Below are positions 1-7,332 of a stretch of DNA of 51,551 nucleotides, piece by piece. Each line of letters starts with the position of its first letter. Position 1 is the first letter of the stretch. The DNA comes from Candidatus Planktophila sp. (GTDB lineage: Bacteria; Actinomycetota; Actinomycetes; Nanopelagicales; Nanopelagicaceae): the NCBI GenBank assembly GCA_051006495.1, contig JBPCTE010000064.1:1-51551 (forward strand). The letters run 5' to 3'. The notes under the pieces are model-generated. The model did not search any database. It had not been told where the DNA came from and saw nothing but the letters and a program-made list of their open reading frames with translations. Position numbers and translations under genes: made by a program.

Positions 1-574
1 GCTTCGCCATGGAATCTGGCTGAGGAATGAAATGTCCAGTATCGATTCCCGGGGCAATTTTGACCATAGCTTGTGCATCTTTTTTCGCTAGTGCCTTCGA
101 AATTGCATTGCGCGTAAATTCACCCAAATACGTTAAGTGATCACTCGTTCGTCCAATCCGGTTAATTGCCAGGTTAAACGGAAATATTTTTGCCCACCAG
201 ACTTCATGTCCATGCGTTAGAGCGACAATTTTTTTGACTCCTGATTTACGTAATGCACCGCCCATTAACCCAAGTGGCGCCGCTGCCCCAAAAATAACGA
301 CTTCAATCTTCTGGTCAGAAACTATTTTCTTCGCCACACGCGTAACTCGCCAAGAAGGAAGCAGAATTCTACTTCGATCACGAATTACGGTTACACCAAA
401 TTCCTCTTGCCAATTTTTATCGTGTGAGGTGGTGTCACCTTGGTTGGATGTAAACACAAATACTTTGTGACCAGCAATTCTCTCTAGCAAGCCAATTACA
501 AAGGTTTCGATACCGCCAGTTCGTGGACCAAAATCATTGGTAACCAGAAGAATTTTTTTATAAACGTTTGCCAC
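1..574 (-). CDS. GT4 family glycosyltransferase, PimB/MgtA-like mannosyltransferase (runs off the left edge; not in the ORF track)
   Basis: Manual translation from GTG at 574: VANVYKKILLVTNDFGPRTGGIETFV...IFGAAAPLGLM...ALTHGHEVWW...LTYLGEFTR...IAPGIDT, the typical actinobacterial GT4 N-terminus. It lies downstream of an NlpC/P60 gene, as is common in actinobacteria. Confidence 0.85.
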   Translation of the reverse strand, partial: MANVYKKILLVTNDFGPRTGGIETFVIGLLERIAGHKVFVFTSNQGDTTSHDKNWQEEFGVTVIRDRSRILLPSWRVTRVAKKIVSDQKIEVVIFGAAAPLGLMGGALRKSGVKKIVALTHGHEVWWAKIFPFNLAINRIGRTSDHLTYLGEFTRNAISKALAKKDAQAMVKIAPGIDTGHFIPQPDSMAK

Positions 575-1574
575 CTCTGAATTTCTTTCGGCCCATATCC
601 ATAGTTGCGACCTTCACCCTGGAACCAGATCGAGGTGCATGTACCATTTTGTTTCCACCAAGGTAAATACCAACGTGAGAAATTGGTGAACCAAAGAAGA
701 CTAAATCGCCAGGTTTGAGATTAGATCTACTGATTAATTTTCCGTAGCGAAATTGTGCTGCAGAAGAGTGCGGGAGTGAGACGCCTGCAGCCTGAAAGGC
801 TCGCATCGTTAACCCCGAGCAATCCCAAGTCGTTAAACCATCTGCGCCAAAGACATAGCGATCACCGATCTGCTTGAGTGCGTATTTGAGTGCAACGCCT
901 GCGCGACCAGATACTCCTTCGGCACTTTTTGCGGCTTCGAGTGAAGATGCTAAATCAGCGTTTTCTTGTTCTTCTGCCAAGCGAGCAAGCCGCTCACGGT
1001 CTTCCTTTTTTAGCTGAGCCAATAATTTTTCCGCTTCGGCCAACTTTGATTCAGCTAATCGCGCTTGTGCTTGATATTTTTTCTGTGCGGCAGCAATGAG
1101 TGCTACTTTGTCAGCAACGGTAAGGGTCGTTGCATTTAAACGTTGTTCTGCGGCTTGAAATTTGTTTAGTTGAATTGATTTACGTCGAGTTAAGGCATCA
1201 AGTGATCCAGCGGCGGATAAATAAAGCGTTGGATCGGAGGAGAAAAGTAATTCAAGGCTTTGACTAAGGCCACCATTTTTATATTGGTCTATGGCGATTG
1301 CACCCAAAGATTTTGAGAGTTCGGAAACATTTTGACCTTGAACTGCAGCTTTTTGCTTTATTCCAGTTAGAGTTTTTGTTAAGGAAGCTAATTTAACTTT
1401 AGCTTCTTGAGCACCTTCCGCAGCAGCAGTGGCATCTTCTTCAAGTTGTCTCACCTTCGCCTGAACTTCTGCGAGCGTCTGAGCGGCGTTTGCATCTGGA
1501 GCGATCAGCAAAGTGGCGATAAGAGCATTTATAAGTACGCACGCCAGTGCAGCGCGCTTGCTCTTGAATCGCAT
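558..1574 (-). CDS. Secreted NlpC/P60 (C40) peptidoglycan endopeptidase with coiled-coil region
   Basis: N-terminal signal peptide, Ala/Gln/Lys coiled coil, and C-terminal YVFGADG..WDCSGLT...PGDLVFF...SHVGIYLG..MVHAP motifs. Confidence 0.93.
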   Translation of the reverse strand: MRFKSKRAALACVLINALIATLLIAPDANAAQTLAEVQAKVRQLEEDATAAAEGAQEAKVKLASLTKTLTGIKQKAAVQGQNVSELSKSLGAIAIDQYKNGGLSQSLELLFSSDPTLYLSAAGSLDALTRRKSIQLNKFQAAEQRLNATTLTVADKVALIAAAQKKYQAQARLAESKLAEAEKLLAQLKKEDRERLARLAEEQENADLASSLEAAKSAEGVSGRAGVALKYALKQIGDRYVFGADGLTTWDCSGLTMRAFQAAGVSLPHSSAAQFRYGKLISRSNLKPGDLVFFGSPISHVGIYLGGNKMVHAPRSGSRVKVATMDMGRKKFRGGKRL

Positions 1575-1669
1575 GGTTATGAGGTTAACCTGTCACATCA
1601 GCGAGCCTCAACTTCAGACGCGCCTGTGAGCCTGAGAAATATCGCAGAATGAGCAAAAAAGTCGGGTCA

Positions 1670-1864
1670 CTAACCCGTCTGAACCTGCTGGCTGATAGGT
1701 TGAAATTTCAGCTCTTTGGAAATTTCTCGGGAGGCAAGCAACGTAATTGCGCCGTGCAATTGCGGTGTAATTTCTGATTTTTTAGGTACGCCAATAAAAA
1801 ACGAGACGACGCACTCAGAACAATCGATATCTTTCTTACTACATGTATCGCAGTCAATGATCAT
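1670..1864 (-). CDS. Small Cys-rich conserved hypothetical protein (64 aa, CxxC-x5-CxxC)
   Basis: MIIDCDTCSKKDIDCSECVVSFF. Start reassigned to ATG 1864, which lies 7 nt after a TATCGT -10 hexamer. Confidence 0.7.
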   Translation of the reverse strand: MIIDCDTCSKKDIDCSECVVSFFIGVPKKSEITPQLHGAITLLASREISKELKFQPISQQVQTG

Positions 1865-1871
1865 GGGCCTT

Positions 1872-1893
1872 ACGATAAAGATAGGGACTGACA
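1872..1893 (-). promoter_or_regulatory. PafBC/RecA-NDp-type DNA-damage promoter (TGTCAG-N10-TATCGT), leaderless
   Basis: Minus strand reads TGTCAG tccctatctt TATCGT aaggccc ATG, matching the TGTCRG-N10-TAnnnT consensus. Confidence 0.6.
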
Positions 1894-1916
1894 TCTACGG
1901 GAAGCGGTATTAGAAC

Positions 1917-2411
1917 ATGAGCATCATCGCCACGCTGGTCGCCGGTTCTGACGGCTCGACAACTATCGAGGGAACATCTGCAAAGGTCACATCGGCCCCG
2001 GATCGTGAAAATTTTCTCAATCGCCGGCGCATGGTGGACTGCATAATCACCGGTGGAAACTCTGCTCGAAATGAGCCATACGCAAAAACTCCAGTCCCGC
2101 TCATCGTTGTATCTCGCCAAAAGCATCCCCAGCTACCAAATGCCCATGTTTGGGATTGTGATCCATGCGAAGCAATAGTGCGAGCACAAAAAGAATTTGG
2201 TTCAAATATTTTAGTTGAGGGTGGAGCCTCTTTAATTTCTTATCTTCTAGATCGCAAAGCCATAGATGTTCTCGAATTAAGTATCACTCAGTCAGTTGGT
2301 GGGGCAGATATTTTTCAAAGCGCAAAGTATCTTCATCTAGCTGACTCAATTGATAAGAAAAATATTAACGGAACTATTTTTTATACAGCCACATTTAGGA
2401 AGCAGAAATAA
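1917..2411 (+). CDS. RibD C-terminal domain / dihydrofolate reductase family protein
   Basis: ATLVAGSDGST...D..F...RR..DCIITGGNSAR.EPY and ILVEGGASL...IDVLELSIT motifs. Confidence 0.8.
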   Translation: MSIIATLVAGSDGSTTIEGTSAKVTSAPDRENFLNRRRMVDCIITGGNSARNEPYAKTPVPLIVVSRQKHPQLPNAHVWDCDPCEAIVRAQKEFGSNILVEGGASLISYLLDRKAIDVLELSITQSVGGADIFQSAKYLHLADSIDKKNINGTIFYTATFRKQK

Positions 2412-3246
2412 GGGCAACTCCTGCAACGGCTAGAACTATTCCGATATATTGAATACGGTGAAGTCGTTCATGCAAGAATTTGAATGCCATTAACGCAGTC
2501 ACAATTGGATAAATAGATCCTAAAACCATAACCAAGGAAACCAATCCAAAATTAGTGGCGACTCCTAGTAAAAGATTGGCAGCAAAATCTGAAACTCCAA
2601 TGAAAATCAATACTGGAATCTCAGATTTAGTAAAATTTCCAACAGTTCTGAAACGCAAAGCTAACGAAATTGTGACTAAGAAAGTTGTTGCTCTCATCAT
2701 GACCATGGTCATCAATGCACTTGAATTAGAACCAATTGACATGAAGGTCATTGCTGTGCCAAATCCGGCTGCTGCTCCAAGTGCTAAGAGAAGAGGTTTA
2801 GGAGATAAACCCTGGGATAGCTCTGGCCCGCTTGCACAAAATGCTCCAGCCAGGGCAATTACAACGCCAAAACCTTGAGCCCAAGTTAAAACTTCTCCTG
2901 TAACTAAAGCAAAAGTTAATGGGATTACAGCGCTGAGTGAACTTATCGGAGAAACAACCCCCATACGTCCAGTTGATAATCCTGCATACAAACAAATTAA
3001 TCCGATATAGCCCGTTACACCAGCAATCGCTCCTGGAATGAAATATCCATTGTCACCGAATACTTGCGGTGGATTTGCTTGAAAAAGCTCGCCGCTTAAT
3101 AACACTAATGTAATTCCAAATAACAAACCGATTGCTTGCGTCATGCCAAGCACAACAATCGGTGCATATTTTTTGCTGAGTTTGCCGCCGAAAAAATCAG
3201 CACTTCCCCACAATGCACTAGATAACAGCGCAAGCAATGAACCCAT
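2395..3246 (-). CDS. EamA/DMT family transporter
   Basis: About 10 hydrophobic helices; LWGSADFFGG, GRMGVVSPIS and SIYPIVT..A..FLHERL motifs. Confidence 0.88.
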   Translation of the reverse strand: MGSLLALLSSALWGSADFFGGKLSKKYAPIVVLGMTQAIGLLFGITLVLLSGELFQANPPQVFGDNGYFIPGAIAGVTGYIGLICLYAGLSTGRMGVVSPISSLSAVIPLTFALVTGEVLTWAQGFGVVIALAGAFCASGPELSQGLSPKPLLLALGAAAGFGTAMTFMSIGSNSSALMTMVMMRATTFLVTISLALRFRTVGNFTKSEIPVLIFIGVSDFAANLLLGVATNFGLVSLVMVLGSIYPIVTALMAFKFLHERLHRIQYIGIVLAVAGVALISAS

Positions 3247-3306
3247 TACCGCAGGGTACAGCCCTGCCTCCCAAAGAAATGGGATTGCAAGAATTAGAGT
3301 TAGACA

Positions 3307-3885
3307 GTGGATTCATTAGGTTTTGAAAGATTGATTGATCATTTGAGATCAATAACTCCACGGTCAGAAATTATTCTTGAAGAAGTTCCTGCGCCCCAAA
3401 AACTAGCTGCATACTCTTTCGCCTTTTCTGCCGATGTGAGCAATGGACTACTGGGCGATGCCGAAGATGAAATAGCTTCTGGTCGCTTTGTATTGCTACA
3501 CGAACCTGGTGGACAGGAGACCTGGGAAGGCGAATTTCGCTGCGTGACCTTTGTGCGTGCAGATGTAGACCCAGTCATGCAAGAAGATCCGCTTTTGCCA
3601 GAAGTTGGTTGGAGCTGGTTTTTGGAGTCAATCACAAATGCGGGCTGTGAATTCAATGCGCCGAGCGGAACTGTAACGCGAGTATCAAGTGCATCTTTTG
3701 GAAAATTATCTCCGCGTCACGATGAATCGGAAATGGAAATTCGCGCATCTTGGAGTCCAATTGTTAGCGATCCTCGAGAATTGATTAAGCACATCGAAGG
3801 TTGGTGCAATTTAATATCTGAAGTGTCTGGATTACCGCCGATCCCAGATGGTGTCTCTGCAATTACATCTGCAAAACGTAAATAA
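3307..3885 (+). CDS. DUF3000 domain protein (Rv2680-like)
   Basis: EEVPAPQKLA, GRFVLLHEPGGQETWEG.FRCVTFVRA, DPLLPEVGWSW, SGTVTRVSS..FG and EIRASWSP; lies immediately upstream of RNase D. Confidence 0.88.
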   Translation: MDSLGFERLIDHLRSITPRSEIILEEVPAPQKLAAYSFAFSADVSNGLLGDAEDEIASGRFVLLHEPGGQETWEGEFRCVTFVRADVDPVMQEDPLLPEVGWSWFLESITNAGCEFNAPSGTVTRVSSASFGKLSPRHDESEMEIRASWSPIVSDPRELIKHIEGWCNLISEVSGLPPIPDGVSAITSAKRK

Positions 3886-3887
3886 TT

Positions 3888-5192
3888 ATGAGCGAAACAG
3901 CGCCAGAAGTTTCGATCGCCGTGCCTTTGCTGGCACCAGCTGATGGAGTCCCAGATGTAATTGATACAAGTGAAAAATTCGAAGCCGCTTTAGAAGAGTT
4001 GGCCAAAGGATCGGGTCCATTCGCCGTGGATGCCGAACGGGCGTCAGGTTATAAATACAGTGCACGTGCGTACTTAATTCAGATCAAGCGCAATAAAGGC
4101 GGGTTGCATTTAATAGATCCAATTGTTTTCGGTCCTGGTCATGAATTATTCATTAAACTTAATAATTTGCTCAATACTGACGAAGTTATATTGCATGCAA
4201 GTACGCAAGATTTACCCTGTTTGCGCGAGGTCGGTTTAGATCCATCACATTTATTTGATACAGAACTAGGCGGACGAATAGCGGGATTGCCGCGAGTTGG
4301 ATTAGGTCCACTACTTGAATCCCTAATGGGGGTTTCACTGGCCAAGGAGCACTCGGCGGTCGATTGGTCGACCCGACCTCTACCAAAGGATTGGTTGAAT
4401 TACGCGGCGTTAGATGTTGAGTTGCTCATCGAATTACGAGAAAAAATCCATGGACTTCTTAGCTCTTCGAATAAGTTGAAGTGGGCGGAAGCGGAATTCG
4501 CTTCAATATTGCTTGCACCCCTTGCTCCACCTCGAATTGATCCTTGGCGTCGCACATCGGGTATGCACAAAATAAAAAAACGCGATCAATTAGTAGTTAT
4601 TAAAAACCTTTGGTATGCACGAGATGAAATTGCACGTACCCTAGATATTTCCAGTGGTAAATTATTAAATGATGCCGCGATTATTGAATTTGCAATACAC
4701 AAACCTACGAGTAAAAAAGATGCCGAAAAAGTTCTACGACCAATAGGTATGCGAGCGAGATGGTTAGAAAATATGCCAACCTGGTTATCCGCGATTGAAT
4801 CTGCAGTAAATACCCCCGAAGACCAATGGCCGCCGATGAAATCAGGTGCAGATACATTGCCTCCGATCAAATTATGGCGCGAACGCTTTGCCGAAAAGTA
4901 CGCACCCCTTACTCATGCGCGATTCGCAGTTGAAAACACTGCACAAGAGTTATCAATTCCTGCAGAAAATTTAATCTCCCCAGAAATCATCCGCCGTATT
5001 TGTTGGGCTCCACCGGATGATTCGTTGTCGACACTCAACGTGGGCGCGGTTTCCCAAGCAATGTTGCTCCTTGGGGCGCGCCCATGGCAGGTAGATCTTG
5101 TGGCCCCCTTGGTCGCAGCAGCCCTTCTCGAACGTGAAGCCAGAGAGATTCCTGCCACAGCCAGCGCTGAGGCGGAGCCAGAAACCGCCTGA
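3888..5192 (+). CDS. rnd: Ribonuclease D (DEDDy exonuclease + HRDC)
   Basis: AVDAERASGYKYS.RAYLIQ, LHASTQDLPCL, LFDTELGGR and KEHSAVDWSTRPLP..WLNYAALDVE. Confidence 0.92.
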   Translation: MSETAPEVSIAVPLLAPADGVPDVIDTSEKFEAALEELAKGSGPFAVDAERASGYKYSARAYLIQIKRNKGGLHLIDPIVFGPGHELFIKLNNLLNTDEVILHASTQDLPCLREVGLDPSHLFDTELGGRIAGLPRVGLGPLLESLMGVSLAKEHSAVDWSTRPLPKDWLNYAALDVELLIELREKIHGLLSSSNKLKWAEAEFASILLAPLAPPRIDPWRRTSGMHKIKKRDQLVVIKNLWYARDEIARTLDISSGKLLNDAAIIEFAIHKPTSKKDAEKVLRPIGMRARWLENMPTWLSAIESAVNTPEDQWPPMKSGADTLPPIKLWRERFAEKYAPLTHARFAVENTAQELSIPAENLISPEIIRRICWAPPDDSLSTLNVGAVSQAMLLLGARPWQVDLVAPLVAAALLEREAREIPATASAEAEPETA

Positions 5193-5219
5193 TTTACGCA
5201 ACACTTGAGTTGCGTAAAT
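5192..5219. promoter_or_regulatory. 11-bp perfect inverted repeat (rnd terminator hairpin or operator over the efeU promoter)
   Basis: ATTTACGCAAC-acttga-GTTGCGTAAAT; no U-tract follows. Confidence 0.55.
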
Positions 5220-5244
5220 ACAAACCCCGTTCTAGATTATTCCT

Positions 5245-6069
5245 ATGTTGAGCACATTCTTAATCGCGCTACGAGAGGGTCTAGAAGCCGCACTCATCGT
5301 AGGAATCTTGGTCGCCTATCTCGTTAAAACTGGTCGCACTCGACTTTTAGCTCCTTTATGGATCGGCGTCACATTAGCGATTCTTGCAAGTCTTGCTCTC
5401 GGAGGTTTTCTCTCATTTACTTCCGCTGAATTAACATCTCGCGGCGAAGAGTTCTTTGCAGGTACGACTTCATTCTTAGCTGTTGGTTTTGTTACCGCAA
5501 TGGTTTTTTGGATGCAACGCGCGGCGCGAGGTTTACGAGATGAACTCCATGGAAAAGTTGATTCAGCTGTAGCAACAGGGGCAATAGGAATTGCTATTAC
5601 TTCATTTTTCGCCGTTGCTCGCGAAGGACTGGAAACCGCGCTATTTATTTACACAAACTTTAAAACTGTTGGCGCCGTATCAGCTGCGACAGTGGGGTTA
5701 GTTCTAGGGCTTGCATTGGCCGTCGCTCTTGGATACTTAATCTATAACCGTTCCGTAAAAATCAACTTGGGTAAATTCTTTCAAGTTACAGGCACGGCAT
5801 TGATCATTGTTGCTGCTGGAGTTTTGTCTTACGGAATTCATGAATACCAAGAGCTTGGCTGGCTACCGGGTGCAGATTCTTTCATTTGGGATGTAACAAC
5901 GTGGATGGCTCCAGACTCAATTGTTGCCAGTGTTCTTGCCGGTTCGATCGGTTTTGATACAACAACTTCATGGCTTCAATTCCTCATCGCGGGGGCTTAC
6001 ATCGCAATTGTGCTCGGCCTATATACAAAGCCTGCACGAACCCGTAAAAGAGAGCTAATTTCCGCCTAG
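5245..6069 (+). CDS. efeU: FTR1/EfeU family high-affinity iron permease
   Basis: Two REGLE motifs (LREGLEAALIV, AREGLETALF) and about 7 TM helices. Confidence 0.92.
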   Translation: MLSTFLIALREGLEAALIVGILVAYLVKTGRTRLLAPLWIGVTLAILASLALGGFLSFTSAELTSRGEEFFAGTTSFLAVGFVTAMVFWMQRAARGLRDELHGKVDSAVATGAIGIAITSFFAVAREGLETALFIYTNFKTVGAVSAATVGLVLGLALAVALGYLIYNRSVKINLGKFFQVTGTALIIVAAGVLSYGIHEYQELGWLPGADSFIWDVTTWMAPDSIVASVLAGSIGFDTTTSWLQFLIAGAYIAIVLGLYTKPARTRKRELISA

Positions 6070-6082
6070 TCCTTTTACTTTT

Positions 6083-6100
6083 GGCTACTGACGAGTAACC
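6083..6100. promoter_or_regulatory. Imperfect palindrome upstream of fadA, candidate fatty-acid regulator operator
   Basis: GGCTACT-GACG-AGTAACC; the core TACTGACGAGT recurs at 31514-31524. Confidence 0.45.
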
Positions 6101-6141
6101 TGTGAACACCTTATACAGGAGCTCACAGAGAGAAGTAATAG

Positions 6142-7332
6142 ATGTCTCGATCAGTTGTATTAGTTGATGCCGTTCGTACTCCATTTGGAAAAGCTGGAAG
6201 TTTATATTCCGGCACCCGAGCCGATGATTTAATCGTTCGTGCAATGCGTGGTTTATTAGAACGTAATCCAAAGATTGCTCCAACTGATATCGATGACGTC
6301 GCAATTGCCGCTGCGACGCAAAGTGGTGACCAAGGAATGAACATCGGTCGAAGCGCAACACTACTTGCAGGACTTCCAAATTCTGTTCCTGGTTATTCAA
6401 TTGACCGTTGGTGCGCGGGTGCACTTACTGCAATGACAACTATTGCAGGATCTATTGCAATGGGTGCATACGATGTTGGAATTGCTGGCGGTGTCGAACA
6501 CATGGGTAATCACCCAATGGGTGAAGGCATGGACCCAAATCCACGATACCTTGCAGAAAAAATTGTTGAGCAAGATGCACTAGCCATGGGAAATACTGCT
6601 GAGCGCTTACACGATCGCTTCCCTGCCATTACAAAAGAGCGCGCTGACAGATATGCACTTGGCTCTCAAGAGAAAACCGCAAAAGCATACGCAGCAGGAA
6701 AGATTCAAAAAGATTTAATTCCCACGGCAACACGTAGCGCCGAACTTGGTTGGGGCATCGCAACGGTGGATGAACCTCCTCGTCCAGGAACAACAATGGA
6801 GGCGCTCGCTGCACTAAAAACACCATTTCGTCCCGCTGGTCGAGTTACTGCAGGAAATGCTGCCGGCTTAAATGACGGAGCAACGGTCTCGCTGCTTGCA
6901 AGTGAAGATTTTGCTAAAGAAAAAGGACTCTCCATTAAAGCGCGTCTTGTAACTTTTGCATTTGCGGGAGTCGAACCAGAAGTTATGGGTTACGGACCCG
7001 TACCTGCAACCGAGAAAGCATTAAAGAAAGCAGGGTTATCAATTTCGGATATTGGTTTATTTGAAATTAATGAAGCATTTGCTGTTCAAGTACTTGCATT
7101 CTTGGATCACTTTGGAATTGCCGATGATGATCCTCGTGTAAATCCAGTTGGTGGAGCAATCGCTGTCGGTCACCCACTCGCATCCTCGGGCGTTCGTCTT
7201 GCTCTTAATTTAGCTCGCGGATTCGAAGAGCACCCAGAAGTTCGTTACGGAATCACAACAATGTGCATTGGACTTGGAATGGGCGGCACAATCATTTGGG
7301 AAAATCCACACTTCACGAAGGGCGCAAAATAA
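6142..7332 (+). CDS. fadA: Acetyl-CoA C-acyltransferase (3-ketoacyl-CoA thiolase)
   Basis: VRTPFGK, IDRWCAGA, TAGNAAGLNDGA, EINEAFA, GGAIAVGHPLASSG and MCIGLGMG. Confidence 0.93.
   Translation: MSRSVVLVDAVRTPFGKAGSLYSGTRADDLIVRAMRGLLERNPKIAPTDIDDVAIAAATQSGDQGMNIGRSATLLAGLPNSVPGYSIDRWCAGALTAMTTIAGSIAMGAYDVGIAGGVEHMGNHPMGEGMDPNPRYLAEKIVEQDALAMGNTAERLHDRFPAITKERADRYALGSQEKTAKAYAAGKIQKDLIPTATRSAELGWGIATVDEPPRPGTTMEALAALKTPFRPAGRVTAGNAAGLNDGATVSLLASEDFAKEKGLSIKARLVTFAFAGVEPEVMGYGPVPATEKALKKAGLSISDIGLFEINEAFAVQVLAFLDHFGIADDDPRVNPVGGAIAVGHPLASSGVRLALNLARGFEEHPEVRYGITTMCIGLGMGGTIIWENPHFTKGAK

Noticed and set aside
234-470. 78-aa plus-strand ORF
   Set aside because: Antisense shadow of the glycosyltransferase that occupies 1-574 on the minus strand.
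1575-1669. Possible c-di-AMP (ydaO) riboswitch or MtrA site upstream of the NlpC/P60 gene
   Set aside because: No GCCGAAUCC...GGAAC/GGGG core is visible, and TAACCT-N7-ATG suggests a leaderless mRNA. The GTCAC words and the AGGTTAACCT palindrome are too short to support a site.
7263-7331. Longer fadB start given in the ORF track
   Set aside because: It lies inside fadA and adds non-homologous residues; the TAATG coupling at 7332 is more plausible.
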